Of a stretch of 64,000 nt of DNA, positions 62,480 to 64,000 are shown piece after piece. Both the position numbers and the translations under genes were made by a program. The notes beneath the pieces are model-generated. The model saw only the letters and a list, made by a program, of their open reading frames with translations. It did no database searches and was not told where the DNA came from. Origin of the DNA: Chiloscyllium plagiosum (lineage: Eukaryota); assembly GCF_004010195.1 (NCBI RefSeq), contig NC_057718.1:104038342-104102341 (forward strand), written 5' to 3'. The stretch's first letter is position 1. Each line of letters begins with the position of its first letter.

Positions 62480-63670
62480 AGGCTGAGCAGGAGTGGACAC
62501 GGGACTGCTGACTAAGTGAAGTAAGATATTTGAGTGGTTGCGTTCCCCAAAACACTACTTAGGTAGTGTCTCCCACCCATCCGCCTCCCCCAACCAAAAA
62601 TAAAGATTCTGTGTGCCAGACTGGTAAGGCAACTAGTTTTATTTATTCTTTATTTTTCTGCAGTTTCTTTGGGAATTTAGAATAGTGGGAATGGAGGTTA
62701 GGGCAGTTGAATGTTCCTCCTGCAGAATGTGGGAGGTAAGAGTTACCACTAGTATCCCTGCTGACTACATCTGTGGGAAGCGCACCCAACTCCAGCTCCT
62801 CGAAAACTGGAACTGGAGCTAGAGCTGGATGAACTTTGGGAGGCAGAGGAGGTTATTGAGAGGAGTTACAGGGAGGTAGTCACACCTTGGGTTCAAGAAA
62901 AACACAGATGGGTCACAGTCAGGGGATGGAAAGGGAACTGGCAGACGGTGCAGGGATCCCCTGTGGCCATTCCCCTCAACCACAGGGGGACAGATAGAAG
63001 GTTCTGTGGGAACAAGACAGCATCATGGTTGGCATGTTGCCTCCCTGGTGCCAGGGTCCGTGGTGTCGCAGATTGTGTTTTCGGGATCCTTGAGAGAGAG
63101 GAGGAACAGCCCTAAGTCGTGGTCCACATTGGCACTTCAACTTTCCAAATATTGATTGGAAATACTATAGTTTACTTTAGATGGGTCAGTTTTTGTCCAA
63201 TGTATGCTGGATGGTTTCCTGACACAGTATGTAGACAGGCCAACAAGAGGTGAGGCCATACTGGGAATGAACCTGGCCAGGTGTTAGATTTGGAGGTAGG
63301 TGAGCACTTTGATGATAGTGACCTCAATTCGTTTATGTTTACTTTAATGATGGAAAGGGACAGGTACATACTGCAAGGCAATACTTATAGCTGGGAGAAA
63401 GGCAATTATGATGCGATTAGGCAAGATTTAGGATGCATAGGATGGGGAAGGAAACTGCAGGGGATGGGCACAATTAAAATGTGGAGCTAATTCAAGGACC
63501 AGTGACTGTGTGTCCTTGATAAGTATATACCTGTCAGGCAGGGAGGAAGTGGTCGAGTGAGGGAGCCATGGTGGTACTCAAGAAGTTGAATCTCTTGTCA
63601 AATGGAGAAGAAGGCTTATGTAAAGGTGAGATGTGAAGGCTCAGTTAGGGCGTTTGAGAGTTACAAGGTA
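62480..63670 (+). mobile_element. CR1 5' region (5'UTR, ORF1 zinc finger/esterase, ORF2 endonuclease remnants) with multiple deletions
   Basis: ATG at 62691 gives MEVRAVECSSCRMWEV...YICGK; GTDRRFCG...CCLPGARV; LEVGEHFDDSDLN (ORF 63281..63490). Confidence 0.85.
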
Positions 63671-64000
63671 GGGAGGGAACACTGGGGGTCCATATCCTGG
63701 ACCCAAGCCCGGGGCCTTAGACTTCCTTTACATGTTCCCAGTGGGTCGAATTGGATTGCTCTTCAAAAGAGGTGTTGCAGACTAAATGGGGTGAATGGCC
63801 TCCTTCATTTCTATAGTGGTCTAAGGTTCTATACCTAAGGCCTGTGGGGTTAATCCACTAAACGCTGTCTGTGTGCCGATTCCAAGATACCCTCCCCCCA
63901 CTGTCAGACACACATGCCCACCTCCTCCAATACACCCTAAACACCGTCACCAGTCCTGGCCTCTTACCCACCAGCTATTCTACTTCTCTGGCATCCCAAC

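Overview
Vertebrate genomic DNA, almost certainly from a cartilaginous fish (shark). The inference rests on many HE1/V-SINE-type tRNA-derived SINEs, their CR1 (HER1-like) LINE partners and Deu-domain (SacSINE1/AmnSINE-like) SINEs. Roughly half of the window is interspersed repeats: CR1 LINEs of several ages, Zenon-like CR1, L2, RTE, at least five SINE families, two Tigger/pogo-type MITEs and Penelope-type terminal repeats carrying minimal hammerhead-ribozyme motifs. The repeats are separated by AT-rich unique blocks that look like intronic or intergenic regulatory DNA. I could not recognise any cellular protein-coding gene. The best candidate is a frame-symmetric 129-nt exon at 7941-8069 (+). 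There is no CRISPR array, rRNA or true tRNA gene. Almost all ORFs in the track are TE-derived or spurious. The most interesting observations are the hammerhead motifs (one with an intact core at 61525-61566), an RTE insertion with a twin-priming-type 5' inversion, a SINE with a five-fold reiterated A-box head, a chimeric CR1 insertion, several local duplications and candidate enhancer/CTCF elements. Family names come from my recognition of sequence motifs, not from a database search, and TE boundaries are approximate unless stated otherwise.
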